Positions 53,701-64,000 of a stretch of 64,000 bases of DNA are shown here, piece after piece. Below the pieces are notes generated by a model. That model ran no database searches and was not told where the DNA came from. It saw only the letters and a program-made list of their open reading frames with translations. Every line of letters starts with the position of its first letter. Position 1 is the first letter of the stretch. The translations under genes and the position numbers were made by a program. The DNA lies in the NCBI GenBank assembly GCA_002633005.1, contig NMRA01000267.1, positions 351,765-415,764 of the forward strand, written 5' to 3'. This stretch comes from Phoronis australis. Its lineage: Eukaryota > Animalia > Phoronida.

Positions 53701-56700
53701 CCAGTGCTGGTGAACGAACAATTATTGTCCTGAAACATTATGATAAAAATACGACTTCTTCTTTATTGACACCAGCTAGCGAACATAGTTTCTCATCTCA
53801 TGGGCATTGGAGGAGTCTAGATGAAAGATATCGCAACCAGACTGCCTCGGCAAACAAAGCATGGTCCTCATGACCTGCAAATCAATTGAGCATTTTTGCC
53901 CTTTTTATTGCTCATAAAGCCAACGTTACAAAATCTGCTATGGACAAGCATATTCACGTAAGTGCCAACCAAGGATCAGCATCTCTGATTATGTGACGGA
54001 CACGTCTCTTTGGCAAGAACTTTCATTCGCATTTCCTGTCAATATCGCATTTTGGTGTCTAAAAACACCTATTGTCCCCAGGGATTGTCAATACCTGTAA
54101 CATTAAAGCCAATAATTCAAATTTCACTTTATTTCAATTGAACAAATCAATCTTGTAACAACAAAATCATTCACGTTAGGATTTACTGCCAATAACACTT
54201 TTTGACATAAACATGCTAGCATGCACTACAATAATCCCATGCAAATCCATGTACATTTACACTGGTAGGCTACTGTTAGTAGTGTAGTCTGGGTTGAGTT
54301 AAATTGCTGTCGCCCTGCGAGTAAAATCTCGTCAAAATAGCGCGGCTCTCATTGAAAATACATGACACCATCTTGCGTAATCTCACGAAGTCCTTCTTTT
54401 CTAACGAGGTCCAAGCGTTACAGAACTGTAACCTTGTCTTCATTGGAATCAAAAGGTACAAAATTATTGTTACAGGTAACTGTCTAACTTGCGAGCAAAT
54501 CTGGAGAGACCGGGACAACCCGTCCGGTACTGGAGACCACGAGACACGGGAGATTCACCCGGTAATAAATCATAATGGCAATCTAGTGGACAAGCCTGCG
54601 ACGCATGTACTAGTTCTTGTCAGCCGCTCCCTCTATTGTCACCTGTAGCCAATTGGTTTTGCAAGATTCTTCTTTTGATGTTTCGATGTTTATTGTTTAA
54701 TAATAAATCACGAATTTCCACGAAATCAGATGGAAGCGGGTTTCCGTTGCGATGAACTTGGCACGCGACAGGCTCTAAATTCTTTGGCATGACGTTTTTT
54801 TCGCTCCCGTGGTTGTCCTCTCTACCCACAGAATGTAAACAAGTACCATTTTGCATGGGGACTCTACAATGGGATTGAGTAAATGTAGTGTTTGTGGGTT
54901 GTGAGCAGGAATGCAATCATTCAGTTTTGCGTTCTAATCTAAGGACCCGGCTACTGGCTCTTGAAGTCAATTCAAGTACATACTTTGCCCAGTTGTTGTT
55001 CCCGGAACCAACATTTCTCCATTTGGTTTGGTCACCTTACTTTCGTTTGATGATGTCCCTTATTGAACTTACACTTCAGCAACGATTTGTCAGTTCATCC
55101 CGAATATAACAAAACTCTGCTTAAGATAAAATACGAGAACAATGCTGTCCAATTCAAAGGTTAGTCTTTTTATTTTTAACATCGTGGAAAGCGGGGTTGC
55201 GTTGAGTAATATTGTTTGACTTTGGTAGGCTGTGTAATCTCCAGAACAAAGTACTTTGAAGCAACTCATTGCAGGCACAAGTGTGCGAGGGGAACACACC
55301 ACTCTCTGCGACGTGCACGGTGAAGTCTATCTGGTCTGGCGTCGGAAGTTTACCTCAAGTGTTCGACCAGTGGACCGCTGCCAGCAAAGCGCCTGACAAA
55401 CTTAACGTGCCGTGTACTTACCGCAAAGGATTGCAGTGTCTTAGAAGCCAGAACAAAGGAACGTGCAGGGACTACCAGATTAAATATTGTTGTTTCAGTG
55501 GCCGTAAGTTTTTGTAGTTAATTCTCTGTGTATGTGACTGCAATGCCAAATAACACAACCTGAAGCACTTCGGGATATGGGTCACCTGGCATGAAATTGG
55601 TGGACACAAAACCTACTGAAGCGAAGGCTCAGGTTGAACACTGGGACTAATACGAACAACTTGGTTATTCTCAAGACGACTTGCATTATTCATTATTTCC
55701 AGTTGTATAGAATTATCGGTTCTAGATTACCCCGATTAATATACACCACTAGCAAAAATTCAAAATTGGAAATAAAACAGGCTGCCACACTAAAAAAAAA
55801 TTATTAAAGTGTACACAACGTGACTCTAGTACCTCAAAATTTTATTATTATATCTTACTTGATTTCAGTGCCTTTAGTGCACAGTTCATAAAGAAACACG
55901 TAAAAATTGAAAAAATAATAATTATGTACAACGTCATGGGTTGAACCCAAGTTGTTCGCCATACTGTTCGGATCAGATACAAAGTGTATAGAGTGAAGAG
56001 AAAGCAAAGTACATTTAGCTTCGAGAAGGTTCGTAGAGGGATCAAAAGATGTGTTTCCGGAGGCTGCAGCAACAGCAGCCAGGCGGAGAACGTCTCGGTG
56101 TTCCGAAGGACACCAAAGTTGGACAGAAGTGGCATCGCTTCGTGCGCCGAACGAGAGTGTGGGACGTCATCGTGGACCAAGCGATTCGGTCCGGGGCCAC
56201 TCTGTGTTCTGCCCACTTTGAGAACTCGTGTTTCGACTCCAGTCACAGGAGACGTTACGATGAAGGCCTGGTTCAATAAAGGACAATATTTATCCGCAGA
56301 AACATCAGCTCTTAATTCAGGATCGTCTGTGATGACTGGGTTGACTCGCTGAGCCCGAGGCCGCTTCTCTCGCGGGAGGATCCAGTTCGAAAGGCTCAAA
56401 GTAGAAAAGTACGCAGCCGGAAGCACATTAAACTTGTTCTCGCTTTCGTGCAACCCCATTTCCTCATCCTGGCCACCATTCCCGTACGTTTCTTCATAGT
56501 ATTTGTTCAGTTTTTGCTCATAATCGTAGTCGCTTTCAAATTCCCTGCTCTCCGCAATTGTTCAATGCTAGTCGCTGATCTCTTGTGTTCAACCCATGAC
56601 GTCACATGGCGGGAAATGTGAAAATTGGCAAAATTGAAAGAAAAATCAAAATTTCGAGCTAATTACACAAAATAAACATGGGTTTAGCTAAATTTTACGC

Positions 56701-57915
56701 AGGATGATAACGTTTTTCCAAGCCCAGCTCTTGTCGAAACCCTTTCAAAGCGGTAAGCAATTTAAATCGAAATTTTGCTGCTTTGACGTAAAACCGGTTT
56801 GTAACCAATGCTGTTGTCAATTTTCAGAGAAATATTGGACAAGCTGGCTGGACCGTGACGACCCAAGTGGTACTGGTGACTGGGAGACTGCTCGCGATTT
56901 CAGGGTAAGACATAACAGAATCCTATACGGTACGAGTCTTGGGTTTATGACATGGACAAAACCTCTTGGAAGTTCCAAGAAGTTATGCCATGCCATAAAC
57001 TCGAGACGAATGTAGGATTTGTTTTCTCAATGAACCGACCCCCAAGGGTGCGCACATGAAGTGTAAGACGGGTTCTTGGCTTCTATCTGGAAAATTGGAG
57101 TAGTTCTCGATTGTTACGGCAACCGGCTAAGGTGGAAAGTATTTTTTGAGGCCCAAAAATTGCGACTCTCGGGGTATGGCCCACAAAATTCATCTTTATT
57201 TTTTAACTTTTGGATTATTTCCTTTGACAAACGTATAATCAAATCAAAGAAAGAGTATCCATTCAATGATACGTGAATCAACATTAGACAAAAAAGTTGT
57301 GTGCCTAGTATGTGCACGCCTCAGTGGTGTCGTTTGATTGAGGACGAGTACCTTTTCGTCTGCGTTTTTAGGTACTTTGAATTAAGTACATGATTTCTCC
57401 TTGGCTGGTCTTTGTTTGTATCCCAACAAACAGAAGTTTACAAAATTTTTGACTTGTTTTGACGTATCATTGTTAAGACTACAGTCAAGTGTTTATTACG
57501 CTACAGATAAGAGGCAAAAATTGCTGAAAACTGATTCAAATGAAACTGTAAAGTGTCATGTCACGTGCATCTTCTCTCACTAACGTTCATTTTTGTAATC
57601 TGTACTATGGGATGATAATAAACTATTTGTAATATCGCTTACAGAAATAGAATCAAACGACGGTTTTCATTTAATTGTAACGTCTTTTCCTAGAAAAGGC
57701 CGTACTATCTGTGCAACGGCATGACTCCTTTGGCAGCGATGTGTAGAGTAAAAGGCACCACCAAGACATTCAATCAATGGAACTACAGCTCTGTGACCAA
57801 CGAGAAACTGAGAGTCCCGTGCACACCAGAGACCGGTCTTGCCTGCGTTAACTCCGACCAGCGGGACAGGAGATGCCAGGACTACGAGATCCGCTTCCTT
57901 TGCCCCTGTAATTAG
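50447..57915 (+). CDS. 7-exon gene: secreted 417-aa protein with three WxxW/CysD (Mucin2_WxxW, CILP/mucin-like) domains
   Basis: Exons 50447-50750, 52028-52107, 53072-53327, 54476-54561, 55275-55503, 56828-56904 and 57694-57915. All introns are GT-AG, phases are 1-0-1-0-1-0, and the 1254-nt join is open. Confidence 0.9.
50948..51639. mobile_element. P-like MITE with ~200-bp TIRs in intron 1
   Basis: cac(t/a)ggcac termini; 8-bp TSD attgtaac at 50940-50947 and 51640-51647. Confidence 0.9.
52028..52107 (+). CDS. WxxW gene exon 2
   Basis: CGCTYWTNWLDRDDSTGTGDWETLSAF; ttttag acceptor, gtgagt donor. Confidence 0.9.
53072..53327 (+). CDS. WxxW gene exon 3
   Basis: ICEAKRPLAIMCR...CNPEWGLLCLNKDQ...C..DFQVRFRC; gtaagt donor. 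Confidence 0.9.
54476..54561 (+). CDS. WxxW gene exon 4
   Basis: CNCLTCEQIWRDRDNPSGTGDHETREIHP. Confidence 0.88.
55275..55503 (+). CDS. WxxW gene exon 5
   Basis: VCEGNTPLSATC...CTYRKGLQCLRSQN..CRDYQIKYCC; gtaagt donor. Confidence 0.9.
55809..56800. mobile_element. Kolobok-like remnant with THAP fragment in intron 5
   Basis: ttaa|agtg start. KRCVSGGCSNS...WHRFVRRTR...LCSAHFENSCF at 56040-56235 (frameshifted THAP). Right boundary approximate. Confidence 0.6.
56828..56904 (+). CDS. WxxW gene exon 6
   Basis: QKYWTSWLDRDDPSGTGDWETARDFR; tttcag acceptor, gtaaga donor. Confidence 0.9.
57694..57915 (+). CDS. WxxW gene exon 7 (terminal)
   Basis: LCNGMTPLAAMCR...CTPETGLACVNSDQRDRRCQDYEIRFLCPCN*. 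Confidence 0.9.
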   Translation, partial: KRPYYLCNGMTPLAAMCRVKGTTKTFNQWNYSSVTNEKLRVPCTPETGLACVNSDQRDRRCQDYEIRFLCPCN

Positions 57916-58028
57916 CGGCACTTGTCCATTTAATTTAGAAACTCTATGAAAACATTGAAACGTTAAGTTTGCATCCCATAAAACTCATGCAGTATGGCTT
58001 AGTGTGTTTTGTTTAGTTTCTCGTCGAT

Positions 58029-58034
58029 AATAAA
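58029..58034 (+). terminator. Polyadenylation signal AATAAA of the WxxW gene
   Basis: First AATAAA after the stop codon, about 115 nt downstream. Confidence 0.6.
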
Positions 58035-59016
58035 GTTAAAATTCACGTCTGACGTTTTCTTCTTGATTAAGTTGACTAGAGGTATCAGCCACAAAGTCCC
58101 ATTTTAAAACGTCGTTGCAAGACTTCAATTTTGATTGTTGTTCGAAGAAAATTGAAAATCCGAGATGCGGTTACCTTGGAAATGCAAAATTTCGTATCTA
58201 CCCTCGCACCAAAGAGAAAGAGAAATCTTGTGTTCAAAACTGGTGGAAGCGTCAAAAATGAAGTGGTCTGTTTGATATTTTATTGATGTCTTGAGTCTTT
58301 TTAAGCAACTCTCGTGTTTTGTGCATAAATAATGAGTTGATAAAAACAATCAACTTCACCAAAGATGGCGATTCATGACGGAGAAACTACACGCCTGTCA
58401 ATGATGTGACGGCCGGCTTACACGTGTGTTATGACGTACACTATTGGTGCTCTCTCGCATATTGCGTAAAGTGCTTCAATAAATGCCCAATCAGAAACCA
58501 TTGGTACTCGCATGTCACTGTGTGTTGGCTCTTGGTGTTTTGAAACCGGCGGTTTTCAAATAAATTTGGAATGTTCTATTTCACAGTTGTTTCAAAACAC
58601 CTGGATACATAATTATCCTGATCTGTTCACGTTTCCTTCACAAGAATTTGCAATCTCAAACTAAAAGAAATAAATCTGTCGTAAAATTAAAAAGACCACT
58701 TGCAAAAACAGACCCCTGTTTCCGCTTCCGACACTTAGAATAAGCCTCAAAGGTTGTTCTCGTTTCCGTATTCAAGTAAAAACTATATCAGAAGGTTAAA
58801 TTTTGACATCCTTTCTCAAATCAGTTGCATCAACTTGCGGAAGACTAGGTGACTTCCGAAATAGCCGCGCCACATTGAAATTGATGAACACGTCAGACCG
58901 TGATCAGGGTGAACAAGCGTTCAGCGCCACCTACATGTACATATCCCATGTGTTGCAGACGTGAGGTTTCGACCTACTGGGATAAAAAGCGTTTAACATC
59001 TTTCCTGCCATTACTA

Positions 59017-59750
59017 TGGCGGCAAATTTCCACTGTTGTGCGGCAGGATGCACCAATGTTTTACGAAAAAGACAAACCTTTTGAAAAATAAATTGATGAA
59101 CAAGGGCATCGCCTTGCACCGGCCTACTATTCCTCTGGATTGTGAAAACCAAGAAATTACCAACATCACATTCTGATCTAGTATCACATTCGATTAAACT
59201 TAACTAACAAGCTTATTGTTGGTACACAATGCTGTGGTAGTAAGCGGGTCAGAGCTTACTGACACACAAAGGAATCGACAGGTGGAAGTTAAATGTATTA
59301 AATTTCTCTGAAAGTCAACCGCTTTCTCCGTTCGAAGTTTTTTGGTGACAGTATACATATTTTATACAAAACAACCATCGTCTTCACGACATTTTTTGAT
59401 CGTCGTTTGGAAATTGCATGTTTAACTAGTTGGCGTCAGGCGCACTGTTTACATCATAATTGCTGCATTACGTGAGCTTGTCGGATGAACGGAGACAATG
59501 ACAGAGCTGTAATTGGTAAACAACCGGACTATGTTTACCAGCCTTCTTTCATTTCTAGTCACTGTTAATTTGGTAACAACACGAATGTATCCCACTAGCC
59601 GATTGGTGAAATCGGGATACTCCTCCCACTGCGCGGGTGCGTAACGGTGTTCCTCATATTTCCCACTGCAAAAAAGAACTCCGCGACAAAGCCAGTGGCT
59701 GCGGTTGATAAAGCGGGAGAATTTCGATCCCAGCCAGAGTTATAAAGCTA
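59017..59750 (+). pseudogene. Split THAP domain remnant
   Basis: MAANFHCCAAGCTN at 59017 and FP.AKK...QWLRLIKRENFDPS at ~59655-59745. Confidence 0.45.
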
Positions 59751-60180
59751 AAATAAATTAGCGAATTAAACTAATCAAACAATGCGGTGAGGGGCTGAAA
59801 GTATAGAATTTATTCCTCCGCTTTTACAATATAATGGACCACTATCCACCAAATCTGAGACGGGATAAATCATAGGCCCGTAGCCAGCATTGTGCGGAGG
59901 GTGGTTCGATTTTCTAAAGCGGTGAACCTTTTGATCATATTTCGCAAACGTCGGCCATTTTTTCTGTAGCGCCCCTAGGCAGCTAACCCCGGCAGAAGGG
60001 AAATCCATATATACGACGATGACTCTTAGTGCCTCAAGTTTCTTGAGATAAGACAGAATTCGTAAGTCTAATTCAAGAAATGATGATGAAATGACGAATA
60101 CTCCCAAAACAGGAACCAAATTAGCATGTATTGAGGTCCACAAAGTTCTTTTTCTTGATTACTGAGCGTTACCCTCTCTT

Positions 60181-60518
60181 CCAAATTTTCGAACTATGCG
60201 CACTTTTAACAATGAGTGATTATACTCCATCACATACTCGGACGGAAACATTTAAACACAGAATGACGTGAAGAATTTTTTGCCAGGTTACTTAAGTTGC
60301 TCATAGTGATGCGGGAAATGAGAACAGTCCACTACCACTCAAAAGGTATCCAAATTTTCGAACTATGCGCGCTTTTAACAATGAGTGATTATACTCCATC
60401 ACATACTCGGACGGAAACATTTAAACACAGAATGACGTGAAGAAATTTTTGCCAGGTTACTTAAGTTGCTCATAGTGATGCGGGAAATGAGAACAGTCCA
60501 CTACCACTCAAAAGGTAT
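60181..60518 (+). repeat. Near-perfect 169-bp tandem duplication
   Basis: 60181-60349 versus 60350-60518, with about two substitutions seen. Confidence 0.95.
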
Positions 60519-61990
60519 TGCTCCAAAGGTTCACTACTCCGAAGGTTCATTACCCCCAATAATGTATGAAATTTCGGACTGAAATATGATTTTTGTACTT
60601 CCATATGTCAAAATATGCATTTAGATCTAGACGCAGTGGTGTAAAAATAATACTGAGAACAACGCTGGGGTATTAATTAACTTTAACTGTTTGGGTTTCT
60701 TGGGCATGCGAAAAGTGTGCTCCAAAGCATTTCTTATGAATACGGAAAAATGAATGCGTACTTGCAGTTTGAATAGAATACGAAGTAGGAATATTGATGA
60801 ATTATCAACCACGATACATTCACCAAATCCAAGTCAAGATTGCATCATTTCACAGCGCGTCTGAAAATCTTATTGTAGCGCTTCAACCCTCTCCACTGCA
60901 TGGAATCACGAGCATGACCGGGTTGGAACTAGATTTAAAGGTGCCCGTAAGTCGCCACAACCCTGGAATGAAATACTTATTTACAGATTACGTGTTTATG
61001 TATCCGGCCAACAACATTCGCTCGAACGACAATAATTATGTGCGAAAATACGTTCAGTGAACACAGACACGTGTCAGTGCCACTCCTCAACTGTGTTGAA
61101 ATGTGGTCTGCCTATCAAGGTTTTTGGCACATAGGCAGATCCAGACTCAGAGGGAGGCCCAAGAAACTTAAAAAAGCCCCAAACGAAATCACGTCATCAA
61201 GTTGAACGGAGGTCAGATGTGGAGGAGATGGCTGATGATGATAACCACGCTCGATACCAATCGCGTTTGCGAGAGCGTTTATTTTTCAAACAGGGTCATA
61301 TGGGGTACTAATGCATATTTTAGTACCCCCTGCCTTTAGTAGTCCCCTCCTTCAACTCTAACCTAACCTCACAAACATCCAACTAATTGAGCGGGGACTA
61401 ATCTTTCGTGAAACTTTGGATTCGCCTTTGCTTTCACTGAATGCTACACGCGCTTAGGACTACACATGTAGCCTTCACGGGGGGCTCATATCCAAACGCT
61501 GTGGACCATAAACAAGTAGGTTGAACTTCTGTTTTGTGTAAATTTATTGTGTTTTATGTTTGCTATGGACGGCTGAAGTGAAGCACCCGTGGAATTTCTA
61601 GTCCGGAGTGTCATACCTTGTAGTATATATAGTGTATTGACTATTGGGGACGATCAGAAGCTGAGGTTGCCTGTGGTTCTCCGTGTTTTTTTTCTTTGAT
61701 AATACTTCAGGAATCAAGGAAAATGCTTGGTTTTTGGATGAAAAACAGACACAGTTTCCATTCGGTGCTATGCGCATCTACAATCGTGCTTTGCGCAAAT
61801 GTTTACAAACAAAATGTTGGCCCCCCCCTTGTAATATCCTAGATGCGCCGCTGCACTACATGTTGAAATATGCGAATACATTGCAATTGCTGCTAAAACA
61901 ATGCACACATGAATCTACGGGCTCGTTTCATGAAAAGTGATAGAAATTTGGTCTTGAGCTCCCCGAAATTTCAATAGAGTGAAAAGTTAA

Positions 61991-64000
61991 AGGAGAATGT
62001 CACCTCCAAAACAACCTATTTTGTATCAATTTAGATCGATTAGTTAAACTCGATAACACCAAGTATAGTTTTTTTTCCTGACGTCTGACGGCAGACGGGT
62101 GTTGAAATTAACCAATGACGTCAGAGGTTCGAATGCAGTGTGCTCAGCAGTTCATAACTCGCTTACTGGTGTCAGCTTATCGCTAGAAGTCATCATTTTA
62201 AACCAATAAATCATCAAAATTCGATGTAAAACCCTTACAAATTCATCGACACATGGAACAAATGAGCAGTCTTACAACATCTGTTGTGGCGCTTTTTTAT
62301 TGCCCATCTTACCAGAGATTACCAATTATACGCTATTTACCTGTATTCATTATATTGTAACTGTACTAGTCATAATAAATGACCTTATATCGCCTACCTC
62401 CGTCTGATTTTCATCTCTGGTAACGAGCTTGCGACGCACGTATCATTCATCTATTATTCAGGACAATTATGTCGGTCATAAATGTTATTTTATTTCTCTG
62501 TTACAGATTTTTAGGTATTTGAACGTTCCGTAGCCTACAGAGATCGGTAGGCCAATTTACCAAGGTTGGTCGCGGGAGTTTGGGGTCTGTTCGGTGAAAT
62601 GCAGACAGGAGAATATATATATGTAGCTTCGTGTTGTAATTTTAGACATTTTTTTTCAGTTCTAAACACACAAATCGCTTGCTATCCCGGCCAGTGGCTC
62701 GGAACCCGATCAGGCCATCGTGGCCGGACTGAAGACACCACGAATGTAAACCAGCCAAAGTTGGAAACTAAACTTCCAGTCACGAAAAGACTATACTAGT
62801 GAGCCAAAAAAATATTCACGTGATTATTTTCGTCAATTAGCCGCGAAACTGCAAATCTACTTACCAAAGAGTGCCGCGAAGTCAGGTTATCCTTTCCCAG
62901 AACCGTCAAGGCAAAAGTTGTGCAGTAACAATGATTCGAATAATTTATATGAATATCTAAATAAAGATTCCCCTAACATTTGACCATAGGATATAAAATC
63001 GAGATATTTTTTCACAACCGCTTTCTGTCAGCAAAAACTGAATTAGCATGCGCTCACAGGGCCTCGGTGCCCGGTCAATTAGTTTATTAATTACATCTAA
63101 AGCCGGTAACGCAACGATTACTTCATTGTTGAGTTCTCAAAATATTTGCACTCACGAACACTCCAAGGCATTACACATTGTATCTAATGAGACAGACTTT
63201 GTTTCAGTTTTCTATAAGCATTGGTTAGGGTGAGAATAAATCATTTTGAAACAGAACGCTCAATGTAAACGTCAACGTGACAACTCGCTCATCAGACGAA
63301 GACTTCACAGGTCGATTGTTAAGTTTCACAGGAATACACTGATCAAGAAATAATAGAGAGGCTCCGTGAACGTGCACAGACAACAGAACTTATGGATAGT
63401 TCCGGAAACCGTTTAAATGACTTTTCATGGTGTCAGTGAGCTAAGTGCACGATGAGGGAAACGACTGACGCTTGCGTTTGTTGCCACGAAATTCCACAAG
63501 TGAGACGCCTTCTTGGAGAAGCGCAGATGTGTCTCACGGACCATCCTGATTTTGTACCGCATCTAAAAAAGGTGTACTTACGACGTTTTTTAGGGCTGAG
63601 AAAAGAACTGGCGAAAACATCCTACACACAGAGGATCGCCAAACGGAAGCCTCACGAACGAGTCAGTCATCAAACAGGTTATATAAAACGTTATGTTCTC
63701 ACGCCTTGAATTAATTGTAATTGTTTATGTTTTCATGGCCAACTACAATTCTCCATAATCAAAAACTGATCTACAGCCGATCCGACGAAATGCAGGCCAC
63801 TGACAGACACGGAGAAGTTTCACGGCCTCATACTTGGTCTTAACGGCGTACTTTTCATTCTTCACTACCGCGAGCCACTTCCGAAGCATTATGGGCTCTC
63901 GAGGAAATCGAAAAAACGATACACCGCTTTCCTCGCAGCTTCATAATTCGCACAAGCGGGAGCGATACACCACACTATCAGTAGCGGCACTCACTCTGCC
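61991..64000 (+). mobile_element. Kolobok element (left end) with decayed P2X7-C-terminus-like accessory gene (KolX)
   Basis: ttaa|aggagaatgtcacc terminus; WCQ*AKC.M.ETTDACVCCHEI......MCLTDHPDF at 63428-63560. Confidence 0.7.

Noticed and set aside
1-64000. Prokaryotic operon or defence-type system; most short ORFs in the track
   Set aside because: Low coding density, spliceosomal introns and metazoan transposons. The short ORFs are antisense or out-of-frame shadows with no motifs.

Overview
This is AT-rich eukaryotic DNA, most consistent with an invertebrate animal, with one N gap at 23786-23858. Only two intact host genes are supportable. One is a single-exon class A GPCR (27215-28165, +). 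The other is a 7-exon gene (50447-57915, +) encoding a 417-aa secreted protein with a signal peptide, an acidic segment and three WxxW/CysD (Mucin2_WxxW, CILP-like) domains. The rest is mostly nested, decayed transposons, many with readable termini and target-site duplications (TSDs): RTE-X-like and I-group LINEs, BEL/Pao and Mag-type Gypsy LTR elements, Academ, a 5-bp-TSD hAT family, P-like, ISL2EU-like, IS3EU-like and Kolobok elements, and a tRNA-derived SINE head. An old segmental duplication (about 560-18110 versus 37510-46045) supplies empty sites for several insertions. The most unusual observations are: (1) two tandem histone-type 3' stem-loops, the second with a downstream purine element, directly after a non-histone PHD-like zinc-finger reading frame; (2) non-coding elements bounded by TTAT/TTTAT direct repeats, one a head-to-tail dimer, that carry an internal copy complementary to their own end-to-start junction; (3) a 173-bp apparent TSD around a LINE. 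All calls were made by eye, without database searches.
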